From NCBI GenBank assembly GCA_011773785.1, contig WVWY01000001.1, positions 3,085 through 67,084 of the forward strand: a stretch of DNA of 64,000 bases. Direction: 5' to 3'. Source of the DNA: Candidatus Nitrosomaritimum khambatensis. GTDB taxonomy: Archaea; Thermoproteota; Nitrososphaeria; Nitrososphaerales; Nitrosopumilaceae. Positions within the stretch are counted from its first letter, which is position 1. Each line of letters opens with the position of its first letter. The position numbers and the translations under genes are program-made. Under the pieces are notes generated by a model that ran no database searches, was not told the DNA's origin, and saw only the letters and a program-made list of their open reading frames with translations. Positions 37,330 through 47,737 of the stretch are shown piece after piece.

Positions 37330-38205
37330 TTGGGACTAAAGGAGATTGTGGAGGTTTCTAAACCTCGTATTATAGTACTGCTAGTGATAACTGCTGTTAC
37401 CTCAATGTATGCAGCAAGCAAATTAGTTGGCCCTGAACTGGATAATTTTGGCCTAATCCATATTATTATTGCAGGTGCATTGGCATCGGCCGGTTCAAGT
37501 GCGTTAAACCACTATTATGATAGAGACATCGATCCCAAAATGAAACGAACTAGCCAAAGACCCATTCCTTCAGGAAGAATAGCAGCATCGCATGTATTGA
37601 TTTATGGATTGGCCGTAAGTTGCATTTCTGTAATTTATGGATACTTTGCACTAAATGCAGTTGCTGCTTCCTTTATTGCACTAGGAATTTTTTCATATGT
37701 AATAATCTATACTGTTTGGCTTAAGAGACTAAATTCCTCAAACATTGTAATTGGTGGTATTGCAGGAAGTGCAGCAGCTTGGGCTGGTTGGTCCGCAGCT
37801 ACTGGCTCGATGGATTTGTTAGGATTTCTAATTGGCTTTTTGGTTTTTGTGTGGACTCCATCTCACTTTTGGTGTCTTGCAATGAAAATAAGAGACGATT
37901 ATGCCGAAGCAGAAGTCCCAATGCTTCCAGTAATTATTGGAATGCAAAAAACATCAAAATACATTTTGGCAAACACTTTGATTTTACTTCCCTATTCAAT
38001 TATACCATCATTTTTTGGAATGGGTCTTGTTTATACAATAATTGCACTTATATCTGGAGGTTTAATGCTTGCATATCATTTCAAACTCACAAAGACCCCA
38101 ACTTCGGAATTTGCATGGAAGGCATACAAAGTAACTGCTCCATACTTGACAATAATTTTTGTAGCCGTTGCGTTGGATGCGGCGTTTCACATTCCTTTAT
38201 TTTAG
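37330..38205 (+). CDS. cyoE: Protoheme IX farnesyltransferase (heme O synthase)
   Basis: KPRI, NHYYDRDID..M.RT..RP, YT.WLKR, WTPSHFW.LA and DDY. Confidence 0.93.
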   Translation: MGLKEIVEVSKPRIIVLLVITAVTSMYAASKLVGPELDNFGLIHIIIAGALASAGSSALNHYYDRDIDPKMKRTSQRPIPSGRIAASHVLIYGLAVSCISVIYGYFALNAVAASFIALGIFSYVIIYTVWLKRLNSSNIVIGGIAGSAAAWAGWSAATGSMDLLGFLIGFLVFVWTPSHFWCLAMKIRDDYAEAEVPMLPVIIGMQKTSKYILANTLILLPYSIIPSFFGMGLVYTIIALISGGLMLAYHFKLTKTPTSEFAWKAYKVTAPYLTIIFVAVALDAAFHIPLF

Positions 38206-38212
38206 AATCTAA

Positions 38213-38509
38213 TTATTTCTCAAAACCTGGAAAACTAGCCTCGTAGTCTTTTTCCATCATTTCTTTATTTTGTTCTTCAACTTCATCTATCTCTTCTTTT
38301 TCCGAAATTACTTCTATTCTACGAGTATCTTTTGTAATCCAAGCGACATTAATCAAACCCATTATCTCTAAATCCAATAGAATTTTGTTGAATTTGTCTT
38401 CTGTCATAATATAACCTCCTTTGGAGAGAGCTTTGTACAATTCAGAATCTGTGAGAGATCCTTCCTCTTTGATTTTATCAAATACCGTATTTCTTATTGG
38501 AATTGCCAT
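38213..38509 (-). CDS. Conserved winged-helix-like protein downstream of cdc48
   Basis: FNKILLDLEIMGLI.V pattern and acidic tail. Confidence 0.7.
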   Translation of the reverse strand: MAIPIRNTVFDKIKEEGSLTDSELYKALSKGGYIMTEDKFNKILLDLEIMGLINVAWITKDTRRIEVISEKEEIDEVEEQNKEMMEKDYEASFPGFEK

Positions 38510-38511
38510 GA

Positions 38512-40680
38512 TTAACCGTAAAATGACTTATCTCTTGATTTTGGTACTACATTAGATATACTTTCTCTTACTGTGTTGTACCATTGGTCTACCTCTTTTG
38601 TTATTGAAGGTCTAACTTGTTTTAGGCTATTTGCAAAGTCTTTACTCGTTATTTTTTCTGAATTATTTCTCATTGCTTGTATTGCAGCTTCTCTACACAA
38701 AGCTGCTAAATCGGCCCCTGAATAGTTTTGAGTTGCCACTGCTATTTCTTGTAATTTAACATCTTTATCAAGTGGCATCTTTTCAGTTAATATTTTGATA
38801 ATCTCTAATCTTCCTTTTTCATCTGGAGGTGGAACATAAAGTACTAAATCTAATCTGCCAGTTCTTAGAAGAGAATTATCTAATACATCTGGTCGGTTTG
38901 TTATTCCTATTACTACCACACGCGAGGAAATTCCTTCTTCAATCTCTGTTAACAATTGACTAAGTACAGTTTCAGTAACTCCTCCTTCACCTGTTTTTGA
39001 TCTTACAAGAGAATCAAGCTCATCAAAAATTACGACACAAGGAGAAGATGCTTTAGCTTTTCGGAATATTTCTCTAATCCCTTTTTCTGATTCTCCAACC
39101 CACTTAGATAATAACTCAGGTCCTTTGACTAGAATCATATTTGCCCCGCTTTCTGTGGCTAAGGCTCTTGCAATCAATGTTTTTCCACAACCAGGAGGTC
39201 CATAAATTAAAGCACCTTTGGGTGGTTTGATTCCCATCTTTGTAAATTTGGTAGGGTCTTTCATTGCTGAAATTAAATTATCTTTTAATGCAGATTTTAT
39301 CTCTTCAAGGCCTCCTACATCTTGCCACCATACTTTTGATCTTTCTACGTAGAATTCTCTCATTGCAGTTGGAACAACTTCATGCATTGCATCATAGAAG
39401 TCAATTAATTTAATTTGCATTGATTGTAAAACTTCTGAAGGGATTTTTTCACTTTCTAAATCAATTTCTGGTAGATATCTTCGAATCGATTTCATTGCTG
39501 CTTCTCTACAAAGTGATTTGATGTCGGCACCAGTATATCCGTGAAGTTCTGCGGCAAGGTCTTTTAGATCGATTTCTTCTGCCACTGGCATTCCTCTTGT
39601 ATGAATTAGCAATATCTCTAATCTTCCATCTTCATTGGGCACTGAAATTTCAAATTCTCTGTCAAATCTACCTGGTCTTCTTAGAGCAGGATCGATGCTA
39701 TCAGGCCTATTTGTAGCACCAAGAACTATTACATTTCCTCTGTCATTTAGACCATCCATCAAAGCTAGCAACTGAGCCACAACTCTTTTTTCAACATCTC
39801 CATAGGCTTCTTCTCTTTTTGGTGCTATTGCATCAATCTCGTCTATGAAAATTATACTTGGAGAGTTGTCCTTAGCTTCTTTAAAAATATCTCTTAGTTT
39901 TGCTTCTGTTTCACCATAATACTTGTTCATGATTTCTGGTCCATTAATCAAAAACATGTTTGCCTCTGATTCACTTGCAAGTACTTTTGCAATGAGAGTC
40001 TTACCGCATCCTGGTGGCCCATAAAGCAAAATTCCACTATGAGGCTCTACGCCAAGCCTTGCAAATAATTCTGGATGTTTTAATGGCAGTTCTACAATTT
40101 CTCTCATCGCCTTTACTTCGTGTCCTAGACCTCCAACCTCCTCGTAGGTCACTCTTAGTTTTCTGTCAACAGAAGGTTCAGTAGAAATAGTAAGATTAGT
40201 TGAGCGGTCAATCTTTACAACATGTTTTGGAGTTGTTTTTGTAATTTTAAAATCCATCGAGTTTCCCAAAATCATAACAGATATTTCATCACCGTGGGAG
40301 ATTGGTAACCCTTTCAATCTATTTTTAACAAAATCTGTAAATTCCTTGTCTACTGTTACAGTATCATTAAGAGGTGTAAGTGAAACTGATTTTGCAATTT
40401 TTGTACTTACTTTTTTTACTTTTACAATGTCGTTTAGAGAAGCTCCTATGTTCTTTCTTGTTTGTCCATCAATTCTAATAATGTCTGGAAATTTTTCATC
40501 CTCATCAACTGGCCATACAACTGCACAACTAGATCTTGAACCCATCACATCAATGGTATCGCCAGGAGTGACTTTGAGGTAATCCATAGCTTCTGGGCCA
40601 ATTCGAGCTCGCTTTTTACCAACATCTCTTTGTTTTGCCTCGCCCACTCTCATCTGCAAAGGTTCTTCTTTGCGTGCCAA
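38512..40680 (-). CDS. cdc48: Cdc48/VCP family AAA+ ATPase
   Basis: N domain plus two AAA modules (2x GPPGCGKT, DEID/DELD, RPGRFD). Confidence 0.96.
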   Translation of the reverse strand: MARKEEPLQMRVGEAKQRDVGKKRARIGPEAMDYLKVTPGDTIDVMGSRSSCAVVWPVDEDEKFPDIIRIDGQTRKNIGASLNDIVKVKKVSTKIAKSVSLTPLNDTVTVDKEFTDFVKNRLKGLPISHGDEISVMILGNSMDFKITKTTPKHVVKIDRSTNLTISTEPSVDRKLRVTYEEVGGLGHEVKAMREIVELPLKHPELFARLGVEPHSGILLYGPPGCGKTLIAKVLASESEANMFLINGPEIMNKYYGETEAKLRDIFKEAKDNSPSIIFIDEIDAIAPKREEAYGDVEKRVVAQLLALMDGLNDRGNVIVLGATNRPDSIDPALRRPGRFDREFEISVPNEDGRLEILLIHTRGMPVAEEIDLKDLAAELHGYTGADIKSLCREAAMKSIRRYLPEIDLESEKIPSEVLQSMQIKLIDFYDAMHEVVPTAMREFYVERSKVWWQDVGGLEEIKSALKDNLISAMKDPTKFTKMGIKPPKGALIYGPPGCGKTLIARALATESGANMILVKGPELLSKWVGESEKGIREIFRKAKASSPCVVIFDELDSLVRSKTGEGGVTETVLSQLLTEIEEGISSRVVVIGITNRPDVLDNSLLRTGRLDLVLYVPPPDEKGRLEIIKILTEKMPLDKDVKLQEIAVATQNYSGADLAALCREAAIQAMRNNSEKITSKDFANSLKQVRPSITKEVDQWYNTVRESISNVVPKSRDKSFYG

Positions 40681-40688
40681 AAAACCAC

Positions 40689-40970
40689 CTACTTCATGTC
40701 AACAGACATTCTACTCATATTGAGTACTTCGAACTCGCTGACTCCTTCTACAGATTTTACTGCATCTTCCAATGCATCCATTTGACCTTCAGAGTCATTT
40801 ACAATGAACTCTGCTTTGATGAAATACATGCCAAAAGCTAATGGTTCTTTTGCATGTCTTTTGAGGGTCTGACCTTCTTTAATTGCACCTTTAATGGATT
40901 CTGCCAAAGCGTCTAAATCTACTTCAGGTCCTTTTGGTAGTATTTTTGTAATTAAAAGTAATTCTGCCAT
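40689..40970 (-). CDS. ef1b: Elongation factor 1-beta
   Basis: EPLAFG motif, 93 aa, next to the Zn-ribbon gene. Confidence 0.9.
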   Translation of the reverse strand: MAELLLITKILPKGPEVDLDALAESIKGAIKEGQTLKRHAKEPLAFGMYFIKAEFIVNDSEGQMDALEDAVKSVEGVSEFEVLNMSRMSVDMK

Positions 40971-40973
40971 TTT

Positions 40974-41153
40974 CTAAGGTCCCTGAAAGTTACATGAAGA
41001 ACAAGTATAATTTCTCGCTGCTTCTCTGCAACTTTCACATCTCCAAATTAAATCATTACCGCAATTTGGGCAATTGAATTTAACACACTTATCATTAGGC
41101 ATAATATGTCTTAAACAACAGCTACATGTTGGTAATGATATGGTAGATGACAT
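40974..41153 (-). CDS. Zn-ribbon protein (DUF1610 / HVO_2753-like)
   Basis: C..C, F.CPNCG, IWRC..CR, Y.C..C.F.GP; the usual ef1b neighbour. Confidence 0.88.
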   Translation of the reverse strand: MSSTISLPTCSCCLRHIMPNDKCVKFNCPNCGNDLIWRCESCREAARNYTCSSCNFQGP

Positions 41154-41208
41154 AAGTCGATTTTTCTTCAAACATCATTTATACCTTGCTTAAAAATTAA
41201 GCAACAAT

Positions 41209-42345
41209 CTAACTTAGAATCTTTTTCAATTGACTGCTAATTAATGCCTGCGCAGTCTTGACCGATCCTTTAATTCCAAGAAGTTTTAAAATTGAGCCTG
41301 TGTGAAAATCAAAGTCTTCTGTTTCTGAAATCTCTTTGATTATTTCTGGAGTTACTAAATCAAACAATTTGTTAATCGTGTTATTGTCAAATTTTTCTAA
41401 AATTTTTCTTGCCCATAACTGCTTTTCAAATTCATCCCCAAATTGTTTTATCCATTGTTTTTGATATTCTTCCAAATCTTCTGTCCTTGATGATTTTAAA
41501 AATTTTGAAATTGCTTTTCCGGCAAGAATTCCTCCCATGCCTGAAGTATAAATTCCTCCTGATGTTGTAGGTTTTGCTTGTCCTGCAGCATCCCCAACAA
41601 CTACGGTTTTTCCTTCAACAAATTTCTTAATTGGGCCTTTTATCCAAATGGGCGCAAAAATTTTTCTTATTGTTGAATATTCTCCCTTTCTTTCCAAAAA
41701 CTCTTCAAGAACTTCAGCCACTTTGATTCCTTTTCCAGCAACACCAACTTTTCCTTTTCCCTCCCCTGATGGGATTACCCAAGCAAAAAATCCTGGATAT
41801 TTTTCTTGATCAAAATAAACCTCGACTTTTCCTTTTTTTATCCAGTCTGCATAGATTTCATATTGTGCAGTTGATAAAATCCCTGCACGATCTTTATGAA
41901 TTATTGAAGAAATACCTCTTGCATCGACAAAAACTTTGCATTTAATCTCTTCATCATTTGTTCTTACCCCGTCTTCAGTTAGTTCTTGAAAACTGGTTTT
42001 GACTTTGATGGTTGCACCATTTTTTTGTGCTTGGTGTGCTATTTGCTTGTCTAACTCCCTCCTATTGATTTCTGCAACTTTTTGTTTTTTGGAATTTATT
42101 GAAAAATTTTTTCCATTGGGCGCATAAATTGTAGCTGAATCAATTATGTGTTCAAAAGTCTTTGTAAAAGGGATGATTCCGAGTTTTTCTAATCCTGATG
42201 TGCTAACAAGACCTCCACAGTGCTCAGGAGTGCCTATTTCATAATCTTCTTCAATTACAATCACACTATTTCCTCTACTGGCAATCTCTCTGGCACATAA
42301 CAAACCTGCGACACTTCCACCTGCTACTACAACATCATAGTTCAC
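41209..42345 (-). CDS. Geranylgeranyl reductase-family flavoprotein
   Basis: GGSVAG, PEHCGG, FFAWVIP and VGDAAGQ.KP.TSGGI. Confidence 0.88.
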   Translation of the reverse strand: MNYDVVVAGGSVAGLLCAREIASRGNSVIVIEEDYEIGTPEHCGGLVSTSGLEKLGIIPFTKTFEHIIDSATIYAPNGKNFSINSKKQKVAEINRRELDKQIAHQAQKNGATIKVKTSFQELTEDGVRTNDEEIKCKVFVDARGISSIIHKDRAGILSTAQYEIYADWIKKGKVEVYFDQEKYPGFFAWVIPSGEGKGKVGVAGKGIKVAEVLEEFLERKGEYSTIRKIFAPIWIKGPIKKFVEGKTVVVGDAAGQAKPTTSGGIYTSGMGGILAGKAISKFLKSSRTEDLEEYQKQWIKQFGDEFEKQLWARKILEKFDNNTINKLFDLVTPEIIKEISETEDFDFHTGSILKLLGIKGSVKTAQALISSQLKKILS

Positions 42346-42411
42346 AGATTTTGTTTCTTTGTCAATTATTTATTTCAAAAGTTTTTCATTATCCCTTTTT
42401 TTCTTATTTGT

Positions 42412-42765
42412 GTGGGAGAAATAAAACAAGTAATCGTGGTCAGATCAGATCTTGATATGGGTAAAGGAAAAATTGCAGCTCAAGTAGGACATGCATGTGT
42501 TTTAGGAGCTGAACATGTAAGAAAATCTCACCCAGAGTGGTTTGAACAATGGTGGCTTGGTCAAGAAAAAGTAGTTGTTAAGGTACCAGGAATAAAAGAA
42601 TTACAGGAAGTTAAACGTCATGCTATTGATTTGGATCTACCTTGGTCTGAAGTTACAGATGCAGGTCATACTCAAATCGCTCCAGGAACCACTACTTGCA
42701 TTTCAATAGGTCCTGCACCAGAAAATTTAATCGACAAAGTGACAGGCGAGTTGAAATTACTCTAA
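42412..42765 (+). CDS. pth2: Peptidyl-tRNA hydrolase Pth2
   Basis: KQVIVVR.DL.MGKGKIAAQ.GHA, DAGHTQ and IGPAP. Confidence 0.96.
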   Translation: MGEIKQVIVVRSDLDMGKGKIAAQVGHACVLGAEHVRKSHPEWFEQWWLGQEKVVVKVPGIKELQEVKRHAIDLDLPWSEVTDAGHTQIAPGTTTCISIGPAPENLIDKVTGELKLL

Positions 42766-42813
42766 ATTTGATTTGTGGAATAAGATATAACAAGGTTCAA
42801 TGGAATTTTTTTT

Positions 42814-44406
42814 GTGAATAAGAAAGGTATAGCAGTTGCTGCATTTTTTGGTTTTATTCTGTTAACATCAACAGTCATGATTTCGTTACCAGGCTTAATG
42901 GACCCGGTAGATCCTGATTCAGAAACAACAATGACTGGAACACCAGCTGATAACTATCCAGATGCTCAAAGAGCAGAATTTTGTGGTTCAAGCATTGCCA
43001 AGTCCACAAATTTTGTAAAAGAATATTCTATTCCTACTGTTTGTACGAACCCATTAGCAATTGTAACTGACTATGAAGGAAATGTTTGGTTTGCTCAAAC
43101 AAACACAGGAAATTTAGCTAAATTTGATCCTATAACTGAAACTTTCACCGAGTACGAAAACCCAACTTGGCCACCAAATGGCCGCTCTATGATGTGGGGT
43201 ATGGATGACGCTCCTGATGGTGGAATTTGGTATACTGATGAAACTTTTGATTCTATTTGGAAGTTTACTCCAGAGGAAGAGAGGTATCAGAGATTCACTT
43301 ATCCTTCTCAGGGTGATGCACTTCCTCAGAAATTAAAAATCGAAGGATCTCAAATTATTGTAAATGATTTTACTGGAAACAAAATTACCTTCTTAGATCC
43401 TAATGTAGCAAATCAGGAAGAATTTTTCTATCTCAGTGTTCCTTCTCCAATGGAAAATGCAGTGACTTCTGACTTTGCCATTGATGCAGAAAATAATGTG
43501 TGGTATACTAATTGGATATTTCAACAAGGGGGAGTTCTAGTGAAATTTGATCAAGACGGTTACCGAAATGCTGTGGCAAATACTGGAGAAGAATTTTTGC
43601 CTTTAGGTGATTATGTCGAGGTAGTCGCTCTACCCGAAGATTTGATTGCACCAAACGGTGCTGTAATAACCGATGGAAAAATTTGGTTAGGAGATACTGC
43701 TAGCTCTAATTTCTATAGTTACGATCCACAGACTGATTCCTGGATTCGATATGTTACATCCGATCCACCATCTTCGACTTATGGAAATTCTACTGGTATA
43801 ATCAAGTCGCCAATTTCAAGACCTTATTGGGTTGAAACTAATGATTTAGGTCATCTAGTTTTCAATGAACAAAACGCCAATAGATTGGCAGTATTGGATC
43901 CAAAATCTGAAACTTTGGTAGAATATTTTGTTCCTTCAATGAATCCAAATTGGGGAGACTGTGGTGAAATGCAAAACTGTGGCCTTGCACAAGTTTTTGA
44001 TTTTACTGTGGATGGTGACAAAATTTGGTTTACTGAATGGGTAGAAAACAACATTGGAGTAGTTGATACATCCAAAGCACTGCCTATTGAAATTCAAATG
44101 GATTCTGGGACTGTTTCTTTATCTCCAGGTGAGTCTGCAGACTTGTTCTTCGTAGTTTCACCTACAACTGAAACGGATTTGGCTGAGGTTTCACTAGTTT
44201 TGGCTGATTCTCACGAATTTTTGAATCTTAGCATTGATCAAAGTACTCCTAAATCATTCCAGCTAGACTTTGATGCTCCTCGACCAATTTCTACCACTAT
44301 ATCTGCATCCGAAGATGCTGTTTCTGGAACCTACAAAGTTCTTCTTGGTGCTTATACAGATGAAGTGGCAGTAAGCAAATTCCTTACTGTAGAAATAACA
44401 TCGTGA
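42814..44406 (+). CDS. Secreted Vgb (virginiamycin B lyase)-like beta-propeller protein
   Basis: N-terminal TM; repeated G.VWF / IWYT / FDP..E blades; C-terminal Ig-like region. Confidence 0.75.
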   Translation: MNKKGIAVAAFFGFILLTSTVMISLPGLMDPVDPDSETTMTGTPADNYPDAQRAEFCGSSIAKSTNFVKEYSIPTVCTNPLAIVTDYEGNVWFAQTNTGNLAKFDPITETFTEYENPTWPPNGRSMMWGMDDAPDGGIWYTDETFDSIWKFTPEEERYQRFTYPSQGDALPQKLKIEGSQIIVNDFTGNKITFLDPNVANQEEFFYLSVPSPMENAVTSDFAIDAENNVWYTNWIFQQGGVLVKFDQDGYRNAVANTGEEFLPLGDYVEVVALPEDLIAPNGAVITDGKIWLGDTASSNFYSYDPQTDSWIRYVTSDPPSSTYGNSTGIIKSPISRPYWVETNDLGHLVFNEQNANRLAVLDPKSETLVEYFVPSMNPNWGDCGEMQNCGLAQVFDFTVDGDKIWFTEWVENNIGVVDTSKALPIEIQMDSGTVSLSPGESADLFFVVSPTTETDLAEVSLVLADSHEFLNLSIDQSTPKSFQLDFDAPRPISTTISASEDAVSGTYKVLLGAYTDEVAVSKFLTVEITS

Positions 44407-45599
44407 TTCCAAAAATAGATTCTGATATTGGAATCTTAACTTACTGTACAGATTTTCAAGGAACTGGTGGAAGAATAAAAGAATCTCCTGAGGATTTTGA
44501 AGTTTCTGAAGTAATATTAGAAAAAATAAAAAATTCAATTGGTGATAAAGGGGACTATGCTGTTTACAAATTAAAGAAGAAAAATATCGATACAAGTCAT
44601 GCTCTTTCTGACATTTTTAGAAAGAAAGGATTGAGATTAAAGTCTCTGGGATTGAAAGACTCTTTTGCTACAACTGAACAATATGTGTGCTCTAATAACA
44701 AAGGAAGATTCATTGATAGTTTTTCTTCTACAAAATACCTTCTTGAAAAAATTGGATTTGTAAAAAAACCCCTGTCAAAAAAGGATATGATCGGGAATCA
44801 TTTTAAAATCAAAATTTTAGATGCAAAAGATAATCCTTCTGAATTTAAAGAACAAGATAAAATACTGAATTTTTTTGGATATCAGAGATTTGGCTCTAAA
44901 CGTCCAGTAACTCATCTTATTGGGAAGGCTATCTTACAAAAAAACTTCGATGAAGCAATTAATTTCATTCTCTCATTTACATCTCCATATGATTCCAAGG
45001 AAAATAATGAATTAAGAGAAAAACTAAAAGATCCTGATAATTACTCTCAAATTTTCAATGAAATCCCACCACAAATGGATGTTGAAAGAATAGTTGTCAA
45101 AGAAATGATTGAAACCAAGGATCCTCAAGCAGCAATAAAAAAAATTCCTCTGACTCTTAGAAGATTTTACATTCAGGCGTATCAGTCTTTTTTGTTTAAT
45201 CAAACTTTGAGTAATTCTTTTTTGGAAAATGAGACACTTTACGAACCTCAAGAAGGCGATGTTTGTTTTGATCATAAAGATGCCCTAGGCAAATTTCTAA
45301 AAGGAGCAGATCAACGACTTGCCATTCCTCTTGTAGGTTATTCTTATTACAAAAAAACTCGTTTTGATTATTATATTTCAAAGATTCTTGAGATGGAAGA
45401 AATTTCTCCCAAGGATTTTTACATAAAAGAAATGCAAGAGCTAAGCAACGAAGGTGGGTTTAGGCAGGCTATAATTTCATGTTCAAATTTTTCAGTGAAT
45501 AAGAATATTGTAGAGTTTACTTTGTCTAGAGGTTCATTTGCTACCATCCTTTTAAGAGAAATAATGAAACCTGAGGACCCAATAAACTCGGGCTTTTGA
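44403..45599 (+). CDS. truD: tRNA pseudouridine(13) synthase
   Basis: PEDFEVSE, GLKD, GNHF, NFFGYQRFG, AYQSFLFN and GSFAT.LLRE. Confidence 0.95.
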   Translation: MIPKIDSDIGILTYCTDFQGTGGRIKESPEDFEVSEVILEKIKNSIGDKGDYAVYKLKKKNIDTSHALSDIFRKKGLRLKSLGLKDSFATTEQYVCSNNKGRFIDSFSSTKYLLEKIGFVKKPLSKKDMIGNHFKIKILDAKDNPSEFKEQDKILNFFGYQRFGSKRPVTHLIGKAILQKNFDEAINFILSFTSPYDSKENNELREKLKDPDNYSQIFNEIPPQMDVERIVVKEMIETKDPQAAIKKIPLTLRRFYIQAYQSFLFNQTLSNSFLENETLYEPQEGDVCFDHKDALGKFLKGADQRLAIPLVGYSYYKKTRFDYYISKILEMEEISPKDFYIKEMQELSNEGGFRQAIISCSNFSVNKNIVEFTLSRGSFATILLREIMKPEDPINSGF

Positions 45600-45616
45600 C
45601 CAAAACACTTGTTATG

Positions 45617-45823
45617 CTATTTTTTTAGGACTCTCATTACGATTCCAGCACCTAAAATTATTCCACCAATAATGGCAATTTGAAATCCATAGTTTTCCCA
45701 TTCTGGATTTGCATACATAAAAGATGACTCTGGCCCTACAACTGATTGTCCTTGTAAATGGAAAATTATTCCAAGAATAACAATGATTGTGCCTATCACT
45801 ACTAATGATAGCCAATACCTCAT
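45617..45823 (-). CDS. Small two-TM membrane protein
   Basis: Two TM helices flanking LQG..GP.SSFM..NP.W. Confidence 0.7.
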   Translation of the reverse strand: MRYWLSLVVIGTIIVILGIIFHLQGQSVVGPESSFMYANPEWENYGFQIAIIGGIILGAGIVMRVLKK

Positions 45824-45887
45824 CTCTTTTCTTAGGCATGGATACTAAAAAGGGTAAACAGAATTGATTAGTTGACCAAATGATTTT

Positions 45888-46616
45888 TTGATTATTCCTT
45901 TAATGATTTTCCCAGGATTTGATAAAATGTATAATTGGGCGTATGATGTATCAGAAAAACCCAGTCAAAAGTATCTGAATCTTGTATTGTTCTTATCATC
46001 AGCTGGTCTGGCGATAGTATTATTTCTAATATTTCTACCACAAATTAATGAAATTAACAGCGAATCCTCGATTTTACTTAATATTATGTTCTTACCTGCA
46101 ATGGCAGTTGGGTTTCTCTATGGAGTGCGAATTGCAGAAAAGGCAGTAAGGCCTTCTGAAACTCGTAGTCCTCTAAAAAGATCAATCGTGAAAATATTCT
46201 TGTTCTTTTTTGTAATTGGAGGTTTGTTTAGCTCCGTAAACTTTGCAATGAATGGAGGAAGTATAATTCCTCAAGCAGACCTATTGGAAGTTGGCCTAAT
46301 ACCATGGATAAATGATTTTGTTACAAACAATGGCGGTGCCACATTTCTAATTATTTCTAGCATTACTTTGATGGCAGCTGCAACAAAAAGAATTGTTGGA
46401 TTGAATGCTGGAATTTTAAACAGAATAGTAACTTTTGTTGGAACATTTGTTTTCTTTTCAATGTTGGCATTGAGCTTTTCGGACTCTGATCCTGGCTCTT
46501 CAGGAGTTTTTCTCTATACCTTTTATCAGGCAGGAATAATTGGTGGAGCATTTTTTGCGATGAATAGACTAACTAAAAATCTCAACACTTGGGAAGATTT
46601 TGCAAACGGTTACTAA
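45888..46616 (+). CDS. Multi-pass membrane protein, hypothetical
   Basis: About six hydrophobic segments. Confidence 0.75.
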   Translation: MIIPLMIFPGFDKMYNWAYDVSEKPSQKYLNLVLFLSSAGLAIVLFLIFLPQINEINSESSILLNIMFLPAMAVGFLYGVRIAEKAVRPSETRSPLKRSIVKIFLFFFVIGGLFSSVNFAMNGGSIIPQADLLEVGLIPWINDFVTNNGGATFLIISSITLMAAATKRIVGLNAGILNRIVTFVGTFVFFSMLALSFSDSDPGSSGVFLYTFYQAGIIGGAFFAMNRLTKNLNTWEDFANGY

Positions 46617-46617
46617 C

Positions 46618-46881
46618 TCAATCTTCTAAATCTACATAGATTCCAGAAATTTCTGAATTTATTCTACTGTGATATTTTTCACAATCTTCTGTTATGAAGT
46701 CATTTGCCTTACATTCATTAAAATGAGCAGTATTTCCCCTCTGAATATTGTCTCCATAAAGAACGTCCCCGCCTATTGCTAGTGCAATAAGCCCAATTGC
46801 TGCTAAACTTGCAGAGACCACAATCATCGAATAGCCTACTTGTCTATGGTTGTGTGGATCCTTCATCAAACCAAAATCCAT
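46618..46881 (-). CDS. Single-TM hypothetical protein
   Basis: TM helix and two Cys. Start taken at ATG 46881. Confidence 0.65.
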   Translation of the reverse strand: MDFGLMKDPHNHRQVGYSMIVVSASLAAIGLIALAIGGDVLYGDNIQRGNTAHFNECKANDFITEDCEKYHSRINSEISGIYVDLED

Positions 46882-46959
46882 TGCACTTGAATTTAATCTT
46901 TTCAAGATCTAACTCTAAATTTGGAAAAAAAGAAAAGAAAGGAAGGTGTTTGGTATACA

Positions 46960-47469
46960 ATGAGTATTCAAATTTTACAATATGAGTTTCTTGGACCAAT
47001 TAGATTAGATGAGTGGGGGCCACCAATGGAAAAAGTTGTGTACCTTATCTTGTCACGGGTAAAAGACTCCTTTAACATTGTTTATGTTGGGGATTGTGAA
47101 AAAACTGAAGAAAAAGATTTCTTTGTTAGCAATCCAAATTTCAAGTGTTGGATAAATAAAGCGGGTTCGGAGAATTCTCTTTATTTAGCAATTTTACCAA
47201 TGTTTGAATCAAATCAAAGTGCTAGAAAAGGGGTAGTTAACAAAATTCTTCAAAGGTATAGCCCTGCATGTAATGAAAACGAAATAATTGAAAAACCACC
47301 AGAATACAAAGTCCGTGCAAGAGAAGATTCAACCAATGAAAAATCTCAAGACTCCGAAAAAATTTCTTGCCCTTGCTGTGGTTCAGAAATGAAGGTTGAT
47401 CAAGTTCTTGAAAAATCTACCATCATAAAATGTTCAGGTTGTGGCCTAAGTGATACAAGATTAAACTGA
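46960..47469 (+). CDS. GIY-YIG-like domain protein with C-terminal zinc ribbon
   Basis: VVYLIL...IVYVG; CPCCG..CSGC. Confidence 0.6.
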   Translation: MSIQILQYEFLGPIRLDEWGPPMEKVVYLILSRVKDSFNIVYVGDCEKTEEKDFFVSNPNFKCWINKAGSENSLYLAILPMFESNQSARKGVVNKILQRYSPACNENEIIEKPPEYKVRAREDSTNEKSQDSEKISCPCCGSEMKVDQVLEKSTIIKCSGCGLSDTRLN

Positions 47470-47700
47470 TGATCTTGTCTTGTTTTGAACCTCAAATAAT
47501 TGCAAGGTAAGCAAATCAATTGCCTTTTTGAGGTGCTCAAATTCATTGACCGAGTGAATTTGACCCTCGACTAGTGCTCTTAACACTTTTACAGAATTTG
47601 TTTGAAATTCATCTTTTGCTAAAATCTCCATCGCATTAAGTTTGGAAAGTAAATTATCCAAGTTTTTTTTCATTTCTTCAGATGGAACATGTTTTTCCAT
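47461..47700 (-). CDS. Small helical hypothetical protein
   Basis: 79-aa ORF with amphipathic helices. Confidence 0.7.
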   Translation of the reverse strand: MEKHVPSEEMKKNLDNLLSKLNAMEILAKDEFQTNSVKVLRALVEGQIHSVNEFEHLKKAIDLLTLQLFEVQNKTRSSV

Positions 47701-47737
47701 ATCTAATTTCTCACCAAATTTCTTATATGAACTATGG

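Noticed and set aside
42814..44406. Antibiotic-resistance call for the Vgb-like protein
   Set aside because: Only the propeller repeat pattern is shared. The protein is membrane-anchored, exported and in a housekeeping context, so resistance is unsupported.
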